A stretch of DNA of 64,000 nt from Hamiltosporidium tvaerminnensis FI-OER-3-3 (lineage: Eukaryota > Fungi > Microsporidia), in NCBI GenBank assembly GCA_022605425.2, contig CM061250.1, positions 744,001 to 808,000 on the forward strand, given 5' to 3'. Below are positions 1-12,461 of this stretch, piece after piece. The first letter of the stretch is position 1, and each line of letters starts with the position of its first letter. A program made the translations under genes and the position numbers. A model generated the notes under the pieces. That model did no database searches and was not told the origin of the DNA. It was given only the letters and a program-made list of their open reading frames with translations.

Positions 1-2154
1 TGTAATAGAAAATTTAAATTTCTCAATGCGATTAAATCTTTTTTGTTTAAATTTAAATCATAAATATATAGTTCTTTGATTTTATATACTTTATTTGGCA
101 GAAATATATCATGAAAATGGCAGTTTTGAAATTCACAACGCGAAATATCCAAGACTTCACAATTGTACATATTAGATATGCAATTGATATCGTTAGGAGA
201 AAGAGAATTATCTGAATATGTAAAATATTTTATATTTTTAAGATAATCAACATTTAATTCTAGTAAATGGAGTGAATTCGCAGAAAAATTACAAAAACTA
301 AATTCAAGTATTTTCAATTTTGAATTTTTTCCTTCAATTTTGATGGGTATTTTAGATAGATCTCTACATTTAAAGCATATAGTGTGCAGGTTTGGATTTT
401 TTATAACGAAAGAATTTGCAAAACCTGCCCACACAGAGCTTTCAATGTTTAAAATCTTAAGATTTTTATATAGTTGGATGGTTAAAAATATATCATAAGC
501 ATTATCGCAATTTTCAATTGTTAAATTTTCAAGTTTATTTGCAAATTTTATACTGGAAAAATTAATATAGTTTATGAAGGAAAATGTGCAGTTTTTAAAG
601 CTTAGCGATTTTAGATTTTTAAAATTATAAATTATAAGGAATTCGTAGTAACCTAAATATAAATTATCTAGGTGTAGCTTTTTAAGAATAGAATTATATT
701 TTGGTATACATATTGGAAGAAATGAGAAGGATAGAGTAGAATTTTGCGATTTTAACGTAATATCTTCTAATTTTTTAAAATTTGCTATTGTACTAGAGAA
801 ACCTTTAAAACTTGCGTAAATAAAACAAATTGAGATTTTTCTTAAAATCAAATAATATTTCGAAGGAAATATTAGATTATCAAAAAGTTCTAAAATCGCT
901 CGTTTTTTTTACTGATAAATTTAAATTTTGAAGACCTGGAAATAATTTCACAAAAATTTGTACGTAAATTCATAGAAGATACGCTAATATCCAGAACTTT
1001 TAGATTAATTAATTTACCGCTCAAGTATTTTGGAAAAAAAGATTCTTATGCTTTATAGATATATCAAGTAACACTAAATGTTCTAAAGCCGTAAACCAAT
1101 CGAGAAGTCGTAGATTATTTTTTGTCAAAAATGAATTTTGTATTTCTAATTTTTTAATTTCTTTAAAGACTTTTATACGCCTCAAATTAAGTAAAATTAA
1201 CCCAATTTTGTCTGTATAACCAATTACTATCGAGTAAATCGGGTTTGAAAATAATTTATTAAAACAAGATATTTTTTTTGTATCGACTAAATGCAAATCA
1301 TTTAAATATATACTTGTTATGTTTTTGAAATGAAATAAAAAATACAATTTTGTCCATTCGTTACCCCTTAATATGTAATCGTGCATTTTCTTTAATATTT
1401 TACCTGTAATCTTAAGTTTCTGATCTTCCTCGATTGCTTTTTTGTCGAATATACCTTTAAGGTTTTTTATATTTTTTACACAAAAAAAATTAACTTCAAA
1501 ATATGCATCTAGCATTCTAGAAATTATCCATTCAAAATAAGTAGAATCGAATCTTTCTTTATACAATATAACTTGATTGATACCATGGTACAGTATATTT
1601 CCAGGTATATGAATCATGTAACTTTTAAGAACTTTATAAAAGTTTTTGTCTTTATAGATATCAATAATATATGAAAAATATATCAGATCTAAGAATTTAT
1701 AGATTTTGAGGTTTGCAATCATATAGTCGAAATCAGAAAAAGTCTTCAAGCAATATTTAAAATCTATCGAATATAAATTTTGATGCAAATAAATTCTTTT
1801 TGGAACTTTTGAAATTAAAAATAACCTATTTGGAGATGGTTTCAAACAAATATTATTTGGAAAGGAAATCATAATTGTGGTAAGTTTGAAATGCTTTTTG
1901 TTTCCATTTCTATTTGGACATATAAATTGGTGTCGCGAAAAAAAATGTAAGCCTTTACATATTTTCAAAGTGTTGTTTTCTTCAGAACAAAAACCGTATT
2001 GGTTAAACAGTATGCTGCTGTTTCGACCTGTATTTTCGCATAAGATATGATCTGAATCCTTAGCATACATGATATTAAATTCAATAACTTTCGTTTTAAT
2101 TTTAGTTTCTATTTGTGCAAAAAACTCGTATAATATGTAAAATACCCAGTTCAT
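1..2154 (-). pseudogene. Large lineage-specific leucine-rich-repeat-like protein, frameshifted; runs off the window's left edge
   Basis: The 377-aa ORF 1021..2154 has a hydrophobic N-terminus and LxxLxLxx-type repeats (IKKLEIQNS, LEHLVLLDI). After a shift at the T-run near 1035 the frame continues as KYLSGKLINLKVLDIS..., with further repeats such as LKKLHLDNL towards position 1. Confidence 0.55.
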
Positions 2155-4444
2155 GGATTAAAAAAAACCGTTAAAAAAATATATATTTATCTTATCTGAA
2201 ATTCTTTTATCTTAAAATAATTTACAATAAAATTCGATTAAGACAAACAAAATTACAAAAATGTTTCTGGCGATGCAAAAAAAGCTAAAAATCACAAATT
2301 CGTATAAATGAGAGAATAATTCCATATTGAACACGATAGCAGCAAATATTTAAAAATTTAATACTAAATATTCATTCCCAACTAAACAGACTATGCTGTA
2401 GGAAATTACCGACATTTTGTTTTGCCTGCGTCTATCATGAAGAGATCAAGCAGTAGTACAAGACCACTATCTAGATAAAAGTCAATTAAACGATTGGTTA
2501 AATATTGGATTGATTCTAGCACTATACCTGCCTATAGTTTTACAGTCTAAACTCAATCTTTCACACGATAAAGCGCAAGAATCGATTTGATTTATGTTCA
2601 TAGCAATGCAAAAAATATTTGAAAAAAGAATAGAAAATATTTTCCTGTGATTTTGATGTTTACAAACAGGAATTTAGTTTAATTGATAGTGTCTAGCTTC
2701 AAAAACAATAATTTTAAACGTGATAAAAAAGAAAACTCGGTGAGAATATTCCAAAAGCGACTTACGAACGTAAACTTGATTCTTTGAGTTAGTTCTGTGA
2801 TCGAATATATACAATATATCCAAGATCGCTAAGCATTTAAGTAAACCAATTTAAATATCCTAAAGTGAATTTCAAAAGATAATGCTGAACTCGAAATATA
2901 TTTTTTCTGTATATTTTACTTTAATCTCAAATAATTTTCACCTTACACGTATCAAATTGTTGTTATAAGTTGAAATGACTAAGCCTGGATTTATTATTTC
3001 GACAGTCCATGTATGCTATCATGACGAAAGAGGTAAAGATACTTTATAAATATGCTTAAAGAAATAAAATTATAATTTGTGATATTTGCATTAAAGACTC
3101 ATTAAGAAAGGAGTTAGACAAGAGGAGCCAAATATTTTATTAAGCTCTTTTTAAAAAGTATTCTGTATTTCGACTTATCCCTAAATTTAAAAATCAAGTT
3201 ACTAATCTATTTTTAAATACTAGGCTTATTGCTTTTTATTTTTAAAAAGTAGCTATTCGCCATAAATCAGAAGAAAGTCACATAACTGTATATAATTCTT
3301 AATATTTCCTAAATTGGTTTATCATAGGTGGCCATAAAGTGTAAAATCGAATTAAGGTAATTTTTAATTTCATTGTGAGCTTTTGATTTACATATAGGAA
3401 CAAGCCTAATTACATAATCCCGTATTTTTAATATATGATACCTCTTGTTGTATAAATTTCAGAATGCTAATTTGCCTAATTTTTTATAGATTTAATTCTG
3501 GCCTCTTAATTAAAAATAACTTTTTTTATAGCATTTGATTTTTAATTATAAAGCTGGCATTACTTGAAATAATATTATATTAAGAGTGACTGTGCTTTAG
3601 AACTAGCTTTTTAAACTGATGATTTCGAAGGAGTCCTTGGTTTTTGATTTCGAAAATAAATGAGATTAAGAGTCACAAGCCAATAGATTTCCACACATAT
3701 ATAACAATTGAAGTTTTTAAAAAATTGAGAAAAAATCGGTTTAGATTGAAGCCAGAAAGCAAATTTTATTTTTATTTTTTTGAGTCTATTTACAGTATAT
3801 AAGAAGATCAGAAGCAGGCTTTTGTATCATTCACAGTGTTTGGCAATATAACAATGATCTTCTAACTATTTACCCGTTTCAAAGCGATCTGGAAAAGAAA
3901 ATATTCTGAAATTAGAGTTAATGCCTTAACAAATGATTTTACTCGGTAAGGTCAAGAAAATATTAAGCAAGACATAATTATATAGAGGTGCTGCGATTTT
4001 ATGGATTAAAAAAAATCATACACAAAATAATTAAAAAGTAGAGTTAAAGCAATGTGGTTTTCTATATCCTCTTTTGTTTACTGCTGTAAGAATACTTACT
4101 CTTATGTTTGATGAAAAATAATGACGGGCTCGTGGTACAATAGGAAAGAGTTCTGTTGGTTCCTAAATTGTTCCCTGCCTGTTAATCTTAGAATATTTCT
4201 ACATATGTTTAAACGTTTTCTTTTATTCACGCAAGTGCCAAAGTTTTTTTTAGAGTTTTATGACCAAGGAATAATAGACAGATCAAAAATAAGCCATGCA
4301 GCTTTTAGAAGTTGCCGAAATTAAAAAGGTATTTAGTTTCTTTAAATCATTGCAATAAAGAAAACTAAATAAAAAATGCTCAAATTTTATTTAAGAGACA
4401 CAGAAGAACCAGTATATTTATTTTCACGCTAAATATTTTCTAAA

Positions 4445-4667
4445 TTCATTCATCCTTGATACTACAGCTCGGTAAAGCCTTGGACTCCCCCAGGGGAACC
4501 GCCCACCGCTCTTTTTTCAGTGAGTCTGTTTACCTTTCGGGTTTCTTAACAAGGTGGTTTTAAAGGTGGGTTGCTAGCCCTACGCCCAACTTAAAATAGG
4601 GGATCAGTCTCTTTTAGTCGCCTCTCACGACAAGCAGAGAATACTCCAAGCCAATTTTGCTCTCGGT
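4445..4667 (-). mobile_element. Short non-autonomous element made of RTE-type LINE 5'-UTR and 3'-end segments (SINE/SIDE-like)
   Basis: A GC-rich island in AT-rich DNA. The minus strand carries TCTCTGCTTGTCGTGAGAGGCGACTAAAAGAGA and GTTGGGCGTAGGGCTAGCAACCC, which resemble RTE 5'-UTR motifs, then GTCCAAGGCTTTACCGAGCTGTAG with a GATGAATGAAT tail, resembling an RTE 3' end. The family call is from motif recognition, not a database search. Confidence 0.6.
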
Positions 4668-7323
4668 ATGGTGGAAAAAATAATTAACATAATAGCAAAG
4701 TATATTTATTTTTGCATTCAGCAAGTGAAACATTTTATAAACCCCTATAAAAAAATAATTCGAATTAACTTACAGAACCTCTTTATACGAAGCGAAGCGG
4801 TGCGTGCAGAGTTTCTAAAAAAACAATTGTCTGCTAAGGGCAAAATAAAAAAGGCTTAATTGCGCCTTGAGAATAATACAGGAAATTTTTTTTATATGGT
4901 TGAGTCGCGTAATGTACACATAAGCCAAATCTCGCATATTTTTTATAGGAGTAGATGGAAAATTTAAAGCGGACTGCATTTTTAAAATAAAAAACAGCAG
5001 TTAAATACACCATTTCTATATCAAAAGCTTATACTAGTAAAATACAGCCATAAAACCAACCACTTAGGAACTTTTAGAGAACACTCAACACACAAATTTA
5101 TATAAAAAAACAGTAACTAAGAAGGTATTTAAGGTTGTAACATACGGGTATAAAAAACAGACTAGTATGAGAAATTTCTAAAAATGGATGAATCAGGACT
5201 CATTAAGTCACATTTAAAAGCGTCTTATAGTATTTTTTGATATAAATGTGTTCATATTAGAGAAACTTTTCTTAAAAATTTCGCCAAGTTTAAAAGCCCG
5301 GTTGCATCTAAAAAAGGGTAAAAATACACGTGTAAAACCATAATTATGTGATAAAATAAAAATATTGAGTATTGTACCAAGTATTTGCGAACAATTAAAT
5401 ATTAAAAACCGGAAAAGGTAAAAAAATGTAGTGGTTTGCCAGAAAGAAGATTATTATAATAAGTGTTGCCCTTGAAACCTAAACATAATGAGTTGTTGAT
5501 TTATACTGATTATACTGATTATTTTATTTACTTTGACCTGTAAAAGTTCAAGTAAATATTATATTAATCATATTTAAAATATTTGAAATTATTGCTTTAA
5601 ATTATTTCTAAGAGACTAAAGAGATTTCTAAAAATAGCAAGTTTTAAAATCAAAGCAGAAACTGGGCATTTGTAGAAGGAAATATATTTTCACTAATAAA
5701 ACCATAAAAAAATTGAAGAGATTCGTTCTAATTTGCTTTGATATTTGTAATATTTTAGAAGAGTAAGTAAACAGAAAAAGGTTTAATAAATTCAGACTTG
5801 AATATGATTAAAACGGTAAAAGAATCGGAAAAGAAGAATTTTTAGTTAAAAAAACTTAACTATTTTTTAGTAGACATATATAAAGCCATACAATGTAAAA
5901 ATTCATGATATAAAGATTTGTTAATGAATAGACTATTACAAGAGATTGCTTTTTTTATTTAAGAACCGCAACTTATACAACGCAACGAGTTCCTACTTTA
6001 AATCTTAAAAATATGTAAAATAACAAAATGAATTTTATAAATCTGTATAGAAATTAATAATAATCCGGAATATTTACATATTTCAAGAAATAAAGAAAAA
6101 TATTTTATATAAAGTCTTAGAAACTGGATTATTTAAAATGTAACATATTATGGTTTTTACATACCAAATCTCATTATTTTATTGCGTTTCTTAACTCAAA
6201 ATGTTTTTGAATAGATTATCGTGTATACAAAACTTTCATTGGCTTGACAATGTTCTAGTATCGTGAAAACGGAACCAATCTAATAAATAACGTCCAAAAA
6301 TAAATTATTCTTAATACTAAATGATAATCGCAGATATTAATTTTTAAACTGATAAATTGAGACCTCGGATCGTTGATAAAATTTAGTTTTCCAACGAGAT
6401 TTACTTAAGAGTCAAATACTTATATTTTTCACAAGGAACCAAAAAACGAACAAAGAAAATAAACTTGAAAGTTAAACTTTTAAATACCTAACCTAGAATT
6501 AATAAACAATAAATTATTAAATGTTATAAATCTAGTTTGATAAAAGGCTTTTAGACAAGATTTTACACAAATATGTTTGAAAACCCTAATTCTATTGTCT
6601 AAAAAGTTTAGAAATTTAAAGAGTAAATCTATAAACAGAATCTTTGCTGAACAAAAGAAAAGGAGTATAAACCGATTTTGATTTTTTATACAGATTTTAT
6701 AGCGCTTAATTACTTTCTTGTTTTATACAACAAAATATTTCCGAAAGACCAATTTTTTTCAAACTTTAAGGTAAGAATTTGAATATCTTTAATTAAATTC
6801 AATAAAGTATCTAAAAAAAAGTTTTTTCATGTTTAATCAGCCATAATAAATTCTCAATTTAGTTATAGCTGTATATTTTATGTAAAATGTAAAAAAATAT
6901 ACCAAACACTGAAGGCGTAAAAGAACTCTAGAATGATATAGCATAATAAACATGATAAAAAAACATTAAATATTCACTTTATTTAAGGTCTCCAAGTTTT
7001 AAGTGCCCGTTCATGTTTAATTTTGAGATAAATTATAGTTCTTTGATTGTTCCATCAAAAATTAAGGCATTTTAGTCGAATAATTAATTGAGGTGATAAG
7101 ATCTGGACATCTTTTGTCGGTATTAAAGCTAATATATGCATATAATAGCTATACGATAGTTCCAAATTTTAGCCTCAGATATAAACCCGTTGAAATTAAA
7201 TATATAGTTCTAACGTGTTTTTTATATGACCATACAATGTAAATACAAAACAATCAGAAAAGGGAAAAGTCATAGAAATAGAATTTGAAGGTGTTAAAAA
7301 CAAATTGAAGTTTATAAATTATA

Positions 7324-9043
7324 CTCCCTCTGTCCGGAAATATGGTATACATTTCAAAAAAAACCGTAGATTATCGTGAATATAAAAAATAAATAGGCAA
7401 CCGTCATGACTTTGTCATAGTAAATATTCATGACAATATAACCTAAAATTTTTGACTTTAGTAATATCATTCTTAGTCAAAAAGTTACCGCTCAAACATC
7501 AGTGTTTCTTAAGGTAAAAAAAAATTAGTACCGCTGCAAGACGAATATGGAAAATGTGGAAGGAAATTTGTTAAATTTAGAAAAAAGAGATTCAAAATAT
7601 AAACAGTTAACTAAAGAACAACGTCAAGGTATTTTAAAAAAATTATTACAGCAGATGAAGGAGAATAAGTTAAAATACGGTGCCATCAACGAAATTTCTT
7701 CTGCATTTCAAGTTTCCCGGCTAACCGTTAACAGAATTTGGCATACAGCACAAACTCAATACAGAAAGGGCAAGATATGTGCCGATGTTTCTTCAAAAAA
7801 GAAATAAAGATGCGAAAGAAAACCTAAAGAATATTCGAACGATTTAGCGCAAATATGAAAACACCATTAAATCGTCGAGGAACGCTCACAAGTCTTCCTT
7901 TGCAATTGATATTCCAAAATAAACTTTGTTTGATATATTCAAGTCGGGAAAGTATATGAAGAAAATATCTTCTACAGTTAAACCAACTTTAACAGATAAA
8001 AATAAAATGGACAGATTGAAATTTTGCTTGTCTAAAGTAAATCTTACTAAAAATGGAGATTTACTTTTTGATGATCTGTACGACTACGTTCACATTGATG
8101 AAAAGTGGTTTTATCTAACTAAAGTTAAGCGCTCTTATTACTTAATGTTAAGCGAAGAAAAACCAGTGGGAAACTGCAAAAGTAAGCGATTTATTACGAA
8201 AATAATGTTCATGGCTGCAGTAGCTCGACCACGCTATGATTCACATGAAAGCTTTATTTTGATGGGAAAATTAAAATATGACCATTTGTTTATAAAGAAC
8301 CAGCTCAAAGAAATTCTAAGAATAGGGCTAAAGGGACAATTATAACAAAAAATATGGAATCTATTACAGCAGTACATTGCAAAAACATGATGATTGATAA
8401 TGTAATTCCCGCAATTAAATCTAAATTTCCGCCAGCATACAAAAAGAAAACAATTTACGTACAACAAGACAATGCAAAACCCCATTTTTCGGATAATGAT
8501 GCAGATATTGTCGCTCTTGGTTCTGCTTTTGACTGGAATAGTAAATTTAAGGCGCAACCGGCAAATAGCCCCGATTTAAATGTTCTTAATTTAGGTTTTT
8601 TCAACTCCATACAATCGCTGCAACACGAAGCTTCGCCACACACAATTGACGAATTCATGAATTGTGTTCAAGATGCATTTCATCAATTAGAGGCTAATAC
8701 TCTCGATAACGTTTTTACAACATTGCAAGCATGTATGGAGTCAATTATGTTAGCAGATAGAGGAAATGGCTATAAAATACCTCATTTAAGTAAAGGAAAA
8801 CTTCGTCGCGAAGGTCGACTGCTAGAAAAATATGTACGTTCGAAAGAATCATACGTTAAAGCCAAATCAAATTTCGAGTAAACTTATCAATTTTAATATG
8901 TATTTTTTTAAATTTTATTTAATATTTGCATTAACATTTATTAAAATGTTCGAATTAAAGGTAATATAATAAACTTGCCATGTACATTTTTTGATTTATT
9001 TTATTTTTTCGCAAATGTATACCATATTTCCGGACAGAGGGAG
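7324..9043 (+). mobile_element. Tc1/mariner DNA transposon of the DD39D (plant-type mariner) family, full length, inactive
   Basis: Perfect 31-bp TIRs (CTCCCTCTGTCCGGAAATATGGTATACATTT at 7324-7354 and its reverse complement at 9013-9043) flanked by a TA TSD (7322-7323, 9044-9045). Confidence 0.95.
7547..8881 (+). pseudogene. Mariner DD39D transposase, broken into three ORFs
   Basis: HTH-like N-terminal ORF 7547..7807; HIDEKWFY and KIMFMAAVARPRYD in 7926..8345; VQQDNAKPH and QPANSPDLNVLNLGFF in 8354..8881. Thirty-nine residues separate the second D from the third catalytic position, which is N rather than D here. Confidence 0.9.
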
Positions 9044-9074
9044 TATTTTTTATTAAATTTTAGAAAAAATAACA

Positions 9075-9312
9075 AAAATCTTTTAAAATATTATCTCTAA
9101 ACATAAATACCAAAAGCACTCTAAAATAACAATAATCTTTTAAAATATTATCTCTAAACATAAATACCAAAAGCACTCTAAAATAACAATAATCTTTTAA
9201 AATATTATCTCTAACAACATAATACCCAAAAAGCACTCTAAAAATTTACAAAAATCTTTTAAAATATTATCTCTAACAACATAAATACCCAAAAGAACTC
9301 TAAAAATTTACA
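9075..9312. repeat. Tandem repeat, ~58-62 bp unit, 4 copies
   Basis: Repeated aatcttttaaaatattatctctaa(c)aacataaatacc..aaagcactctaaaa units between the mariner and the SNARE stop codon. Confidence 0.9.
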
Positions 9313-9337
9313 ATCAATAATTATTATTAATTTTTAA

Positions 9338-9931
9338 TTAAAATATCTTTAAAATAAATTTATATATTAAAAATATAGATAGAAGACTTCCTAAAATATA
9401 AAATATAATTCTTTTCTTATTCTTCTTTCTTATATACGTTACTTCAAGTTCTTTAACAGTATTTCTACTCTTAAATTTAGTCTCTCCCATTATATGACTC
9501 AACCTATCAATATTTTGATCTTGCATATCTACAACACATTTAATATAATCATTAATATTAACTATCTCATTAATTTTATTAGAAATATTCTTTATATTAT
9601 GATTTCTAACAAGTGAATACAAACGTAATTCATTACTTTTAATTCTACAGTCTAATTCTCTCTCACTTTCTTGTATAAAAGGTATTTTTTCAGATTCGTT
9701 ATCAGTTACAATATTTAATTTAAAATATTTATTTCTCAAAAAAATAAATTTTTTTAAATCTTCTTTATAATATTTCTTATATTTTATCAGAGATAGACAT
9801 ATATCTACCAAATCTTTACACTCACTTCGTAACATGGTAGTTCGTTCATTTTCGGGATATTTAATACTTATTTCTAAATCATTTAACTTTTCTTCAAATA
9901 TTTCATTACAAGAGTCAAGTGTTTCAAACAT
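9338..9931 (-). CDS. Syntaxin-like t-SNARE with C-terminal transmembrane anchor
   Basis: SNARE heptad segment with a central Q (VVDMQDQNIDRLSHIMGETKFKSRNTVKELEV), a basic juxtamembrane stretch (RKKNKKR) and a terminal hydrophobic helix (IIFYILGSLLSIFLIY). The true 5' end may lie further upstream. Confidence 0.75.
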   Translation of the reverse strand: MFETLDSCNEIFEEKLNDLEISIKYPENERTTMLRSECKDLVDICLSLIKYKKYYKEDLKKFIFLRNKYFKLNIVTDNESEKIPFIQESERELDCRIKSNELRLYSLVRNHNIKNISNKINEIVNINDYIKCVVDMQDQNIDRLSHIMGETKFKSRNTVKELEVTYIRKKNKKRIIFYILGSLLSIFLIYKFILKIF

Positions 9932-10348
9932 ACAAAATGTAAACTTGTTTATGTTATACTTCTTATATTTCTTTATTTCTGAAACATTGTATTAAAAATA
10001 TTTTCTATTTTTATGATTTGTCTGTTTCTTATAAAATATATATTTTTAAGTTTATTTATTGGGTTTTATTATTGTTTAAAAACAGATAATTAAAAATAAA
10101 GAATTTAATAATTCCTAAATATCTTCTTCTAACTCATTTTAGTTATCTGTGTATATATTACTTCTACCTCTGATTTTAATTACTTCTTGAATAAATTTTA
10201 ACATAAAAATATATTTCTTAAATAAATTACAATATTCAGTTAAATTAAAGATATAAGAAGGTATAAAATATTGAAATGTTTTTTTTTAGAAATTTTATTT
10301 ACAAATACAATTACATAATCTATAAAATATTTAATTCGTTCCAATAAA

Positions 10349-10514
10349 CCATATATTAACCATACATTAACCATATATTAACCATATATTAACCATACAT
10401 TAACCATACATTAACCATACATTAACCATACATTAACCATACATTAACCATACATTAACCATACATTAACCCTACATTAACCATACATTAACTATACATT
10501 AACCATATATTAAC
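10349..10514. repeat. 11-bp minisatellite (CCATAYATTAA), ~15 copies
   Basis: Directly visible tandem array. Confidence 0.95.
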
Positions 10515-10917
10515 TTATCGATACAATCCATTTCCAATAAATTTCCAATTAATCTTTTAATTCTTAAATTTTCTTTTAAAGATTTTTTTAGAATTCAAGA
10601 AAAAAAGTATTTAAATATAAACTGAATACCGAAAAGAGAATGGGAAAAAATAAAATATCAAATTGACATATTAAGGTTACCTTTCTTTATAAATATAAGA
10701 ATTATTCTTATAATTATATAATATCTAAAGAGTATAAAAAAACACTAATATTTAATTAATTCTCTATAAACATAAGGATTATTCTTGTAATCATATAATA
10801 TCCAAAGAGTATAAAAAAACACTAATATTTAAATATTTATAGATAAACATAAGGATTATTCTTATAATTATATTTTTAATCTCAAATCTATTTTAAATAA
10901 TAAGTAAGATTAAAAAT

Positions 10918-11643
10918 TTTTTTAAAAGTATCACATCTTTTTAGAATAATGGCAAGTGTTATATTTGTTTTTATGACATTAACGCAGTTCTAGGTTTAAC
11001 ATAAATAACTGCTAACCAAAACTCCATCAGTAACCCCTGCGATACCTACGTCCCAAAGCTTTTCATCTACCAGGTGTGTAGAACCTAATTAATAGGCGAG
11101 GCAGTTGCCCGGAGTTCGTTAATGTCCTTTGCATGGAGTGTGATCGAAGGCCGAAGCCCCCCTTGGGCTCCCCCAAGACTATGCAGCATTCCCACTTACT
11201 CTACACTTTCTGAACCCAATAAACTTCTAACTAAGATATATTTCAGAGATTTACATGGGGTCCACCTAGACAGTGCAATGTCATACCAACAGGTATAACC
11301 TGCTACTTAGCTTTCCTGGCTTTATATGGTTTTTTGTTTTATATCTCACAGGCGCCAAGTCTTCTAACCCGAGTGAGCAAGGCTAGGTTTCCATTCTTTT
11401 ACATGGCAATTACCTACATGTTCAGCTGCGGTCTGCCATCTGGTTACATAAAAAACTACAAATAAATTTGTAGAAAAAGTTTCTCCATTTCTTAGACCTC
11501 TCCTCTTCATAACAACTCCCATGGAACAACCGAAGATGTAGTGTGGTTTTATTCCCACCAAAAATCCAAACAATGATCTCACACCAGTTTCACACACTCA
11601 TTGCCAAGCAGAAAGTTTTTTATGTGGTTATCCACCCTCCACT
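10918..11643 (-). mobile_element. ~720-bp non-coding SINE-like retroelement, copy 1
   Basis: Nearly identical to 36355..37092. Flanked by the 13-bp direct repeat TAAGATTAAAAAT (10905-10917 and 11644-11656). No TIRs and no conserved ATG-started ORF. Confidence 0.85.
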
Positions 11644-11771
11644 TAAGATTAAAAATAAAATTTATTCTAAAATATTAAATTTTTTATTACAAATCTATTA
11701 GTTTAAACTTAAAATTATAATTCAATAAATAATATTTTTATAAAACTTAAGGTGCATTTGTAACAAATATT

Positions 11772-12145
11772 ATCTCCCAATACTATTTTTACTTTTTATT
11801 TTAATTTCATTTACAATTTTATAGTTTTACTTTAAATTTTACTTTAAATTTTACTTTAAATTTTAATTTTTATCTCCCAATACTATTTTTACTTTTTATT
11901 TTTCATTATCATTTACAATTTTATAGTTTTACTTTAAATTTTACTTTAAATTTTAATTTTTATCTCCCAATACTATTTTTACTTTTTATTTTAATTTCAT
12001 TTACAATTTTATAGTTTTACTTTAAATTTTACTTTAAATTTTAATTTTTATCTCCCAATACTATTTTTACTTTTTACTTTTCATTATCATTTACAGTTTT
12101 ATAGTGTTACTTTAAATTTTAATTTTTATCTTCCAATACTATTAT
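11772..12145. repeat. Tandem repeat, ~85-100 bp unit, ~4 copies
   Basis: Units begin TATCTCCCAATACTATTTTTACTTTT and contain internal TTTTACTTTAAAT repeats. Confidence 0.9.
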
Positions 12146-12458
12146 TTACTTTCTATTCTATTACTTTAAATTTTATGTCACATTTTTAAAACGTATATAT
12201 TCTACTCTATCCTACTACATGATTCTATTCATTTCCCTTACATTCTATTCGTTTTTATATTTTAAGTTACATTTTTAAAACATATTTACTTACCCTATAC
12301 TATCCTATTATCCTTTCTATTCTCTTCCTTGTTACATTTTAAGTTACATTTTTAAAACATATATACCCCTTCAATTCCCTATCATCTTTTCTATTCTATT
12401 CCTTGTTACATTCTAGTGTTTTAAATTTTTATTTTTTATATAAAAAAATTTATAATTG

Positions 12459-12461
12459 CCC
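12459..12461 (+). promoter_or_regulatory. Microsporidian CCC motif directly before the start codon
   Basis: An AT-rich tract then CCC-ATG (12462). CCC/GGG motifs near start codons are an established microsporidian feature. Equivalent motifs precede MCM4, TAF11, Cnd1 and the 66-aa ORF. Confidence 0.6.

Noticed and set aside
10975-11440. RNase P/MRP RNA identity for the SINE-like element (GGCAGAYCGCAG ... CTAGAACTGCGTTA resembles the P4 CR-I/CR-V pairing)
   Set aside because: There is no P1 pairing between the 5' and 3' ends, an alternative 10-bp helix uses the same bases, and multiple TSD-flanked copies fit a retroelement. An Infernal search would settle it.
11364-11597. ORFs inside the SINE-like copies (also 36814..37023 and 36872..37057)
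   Set aside because: They lack a shared ATG start, differences between copies are largely non-synonymous, and the frame is not kept in the 28-kb copy.
9075-12145. CRISPR-like arrays
   Set aside because: The repeats are head-to-tail without unique spacers, there are no cas genes, and the context is eukaryotic.
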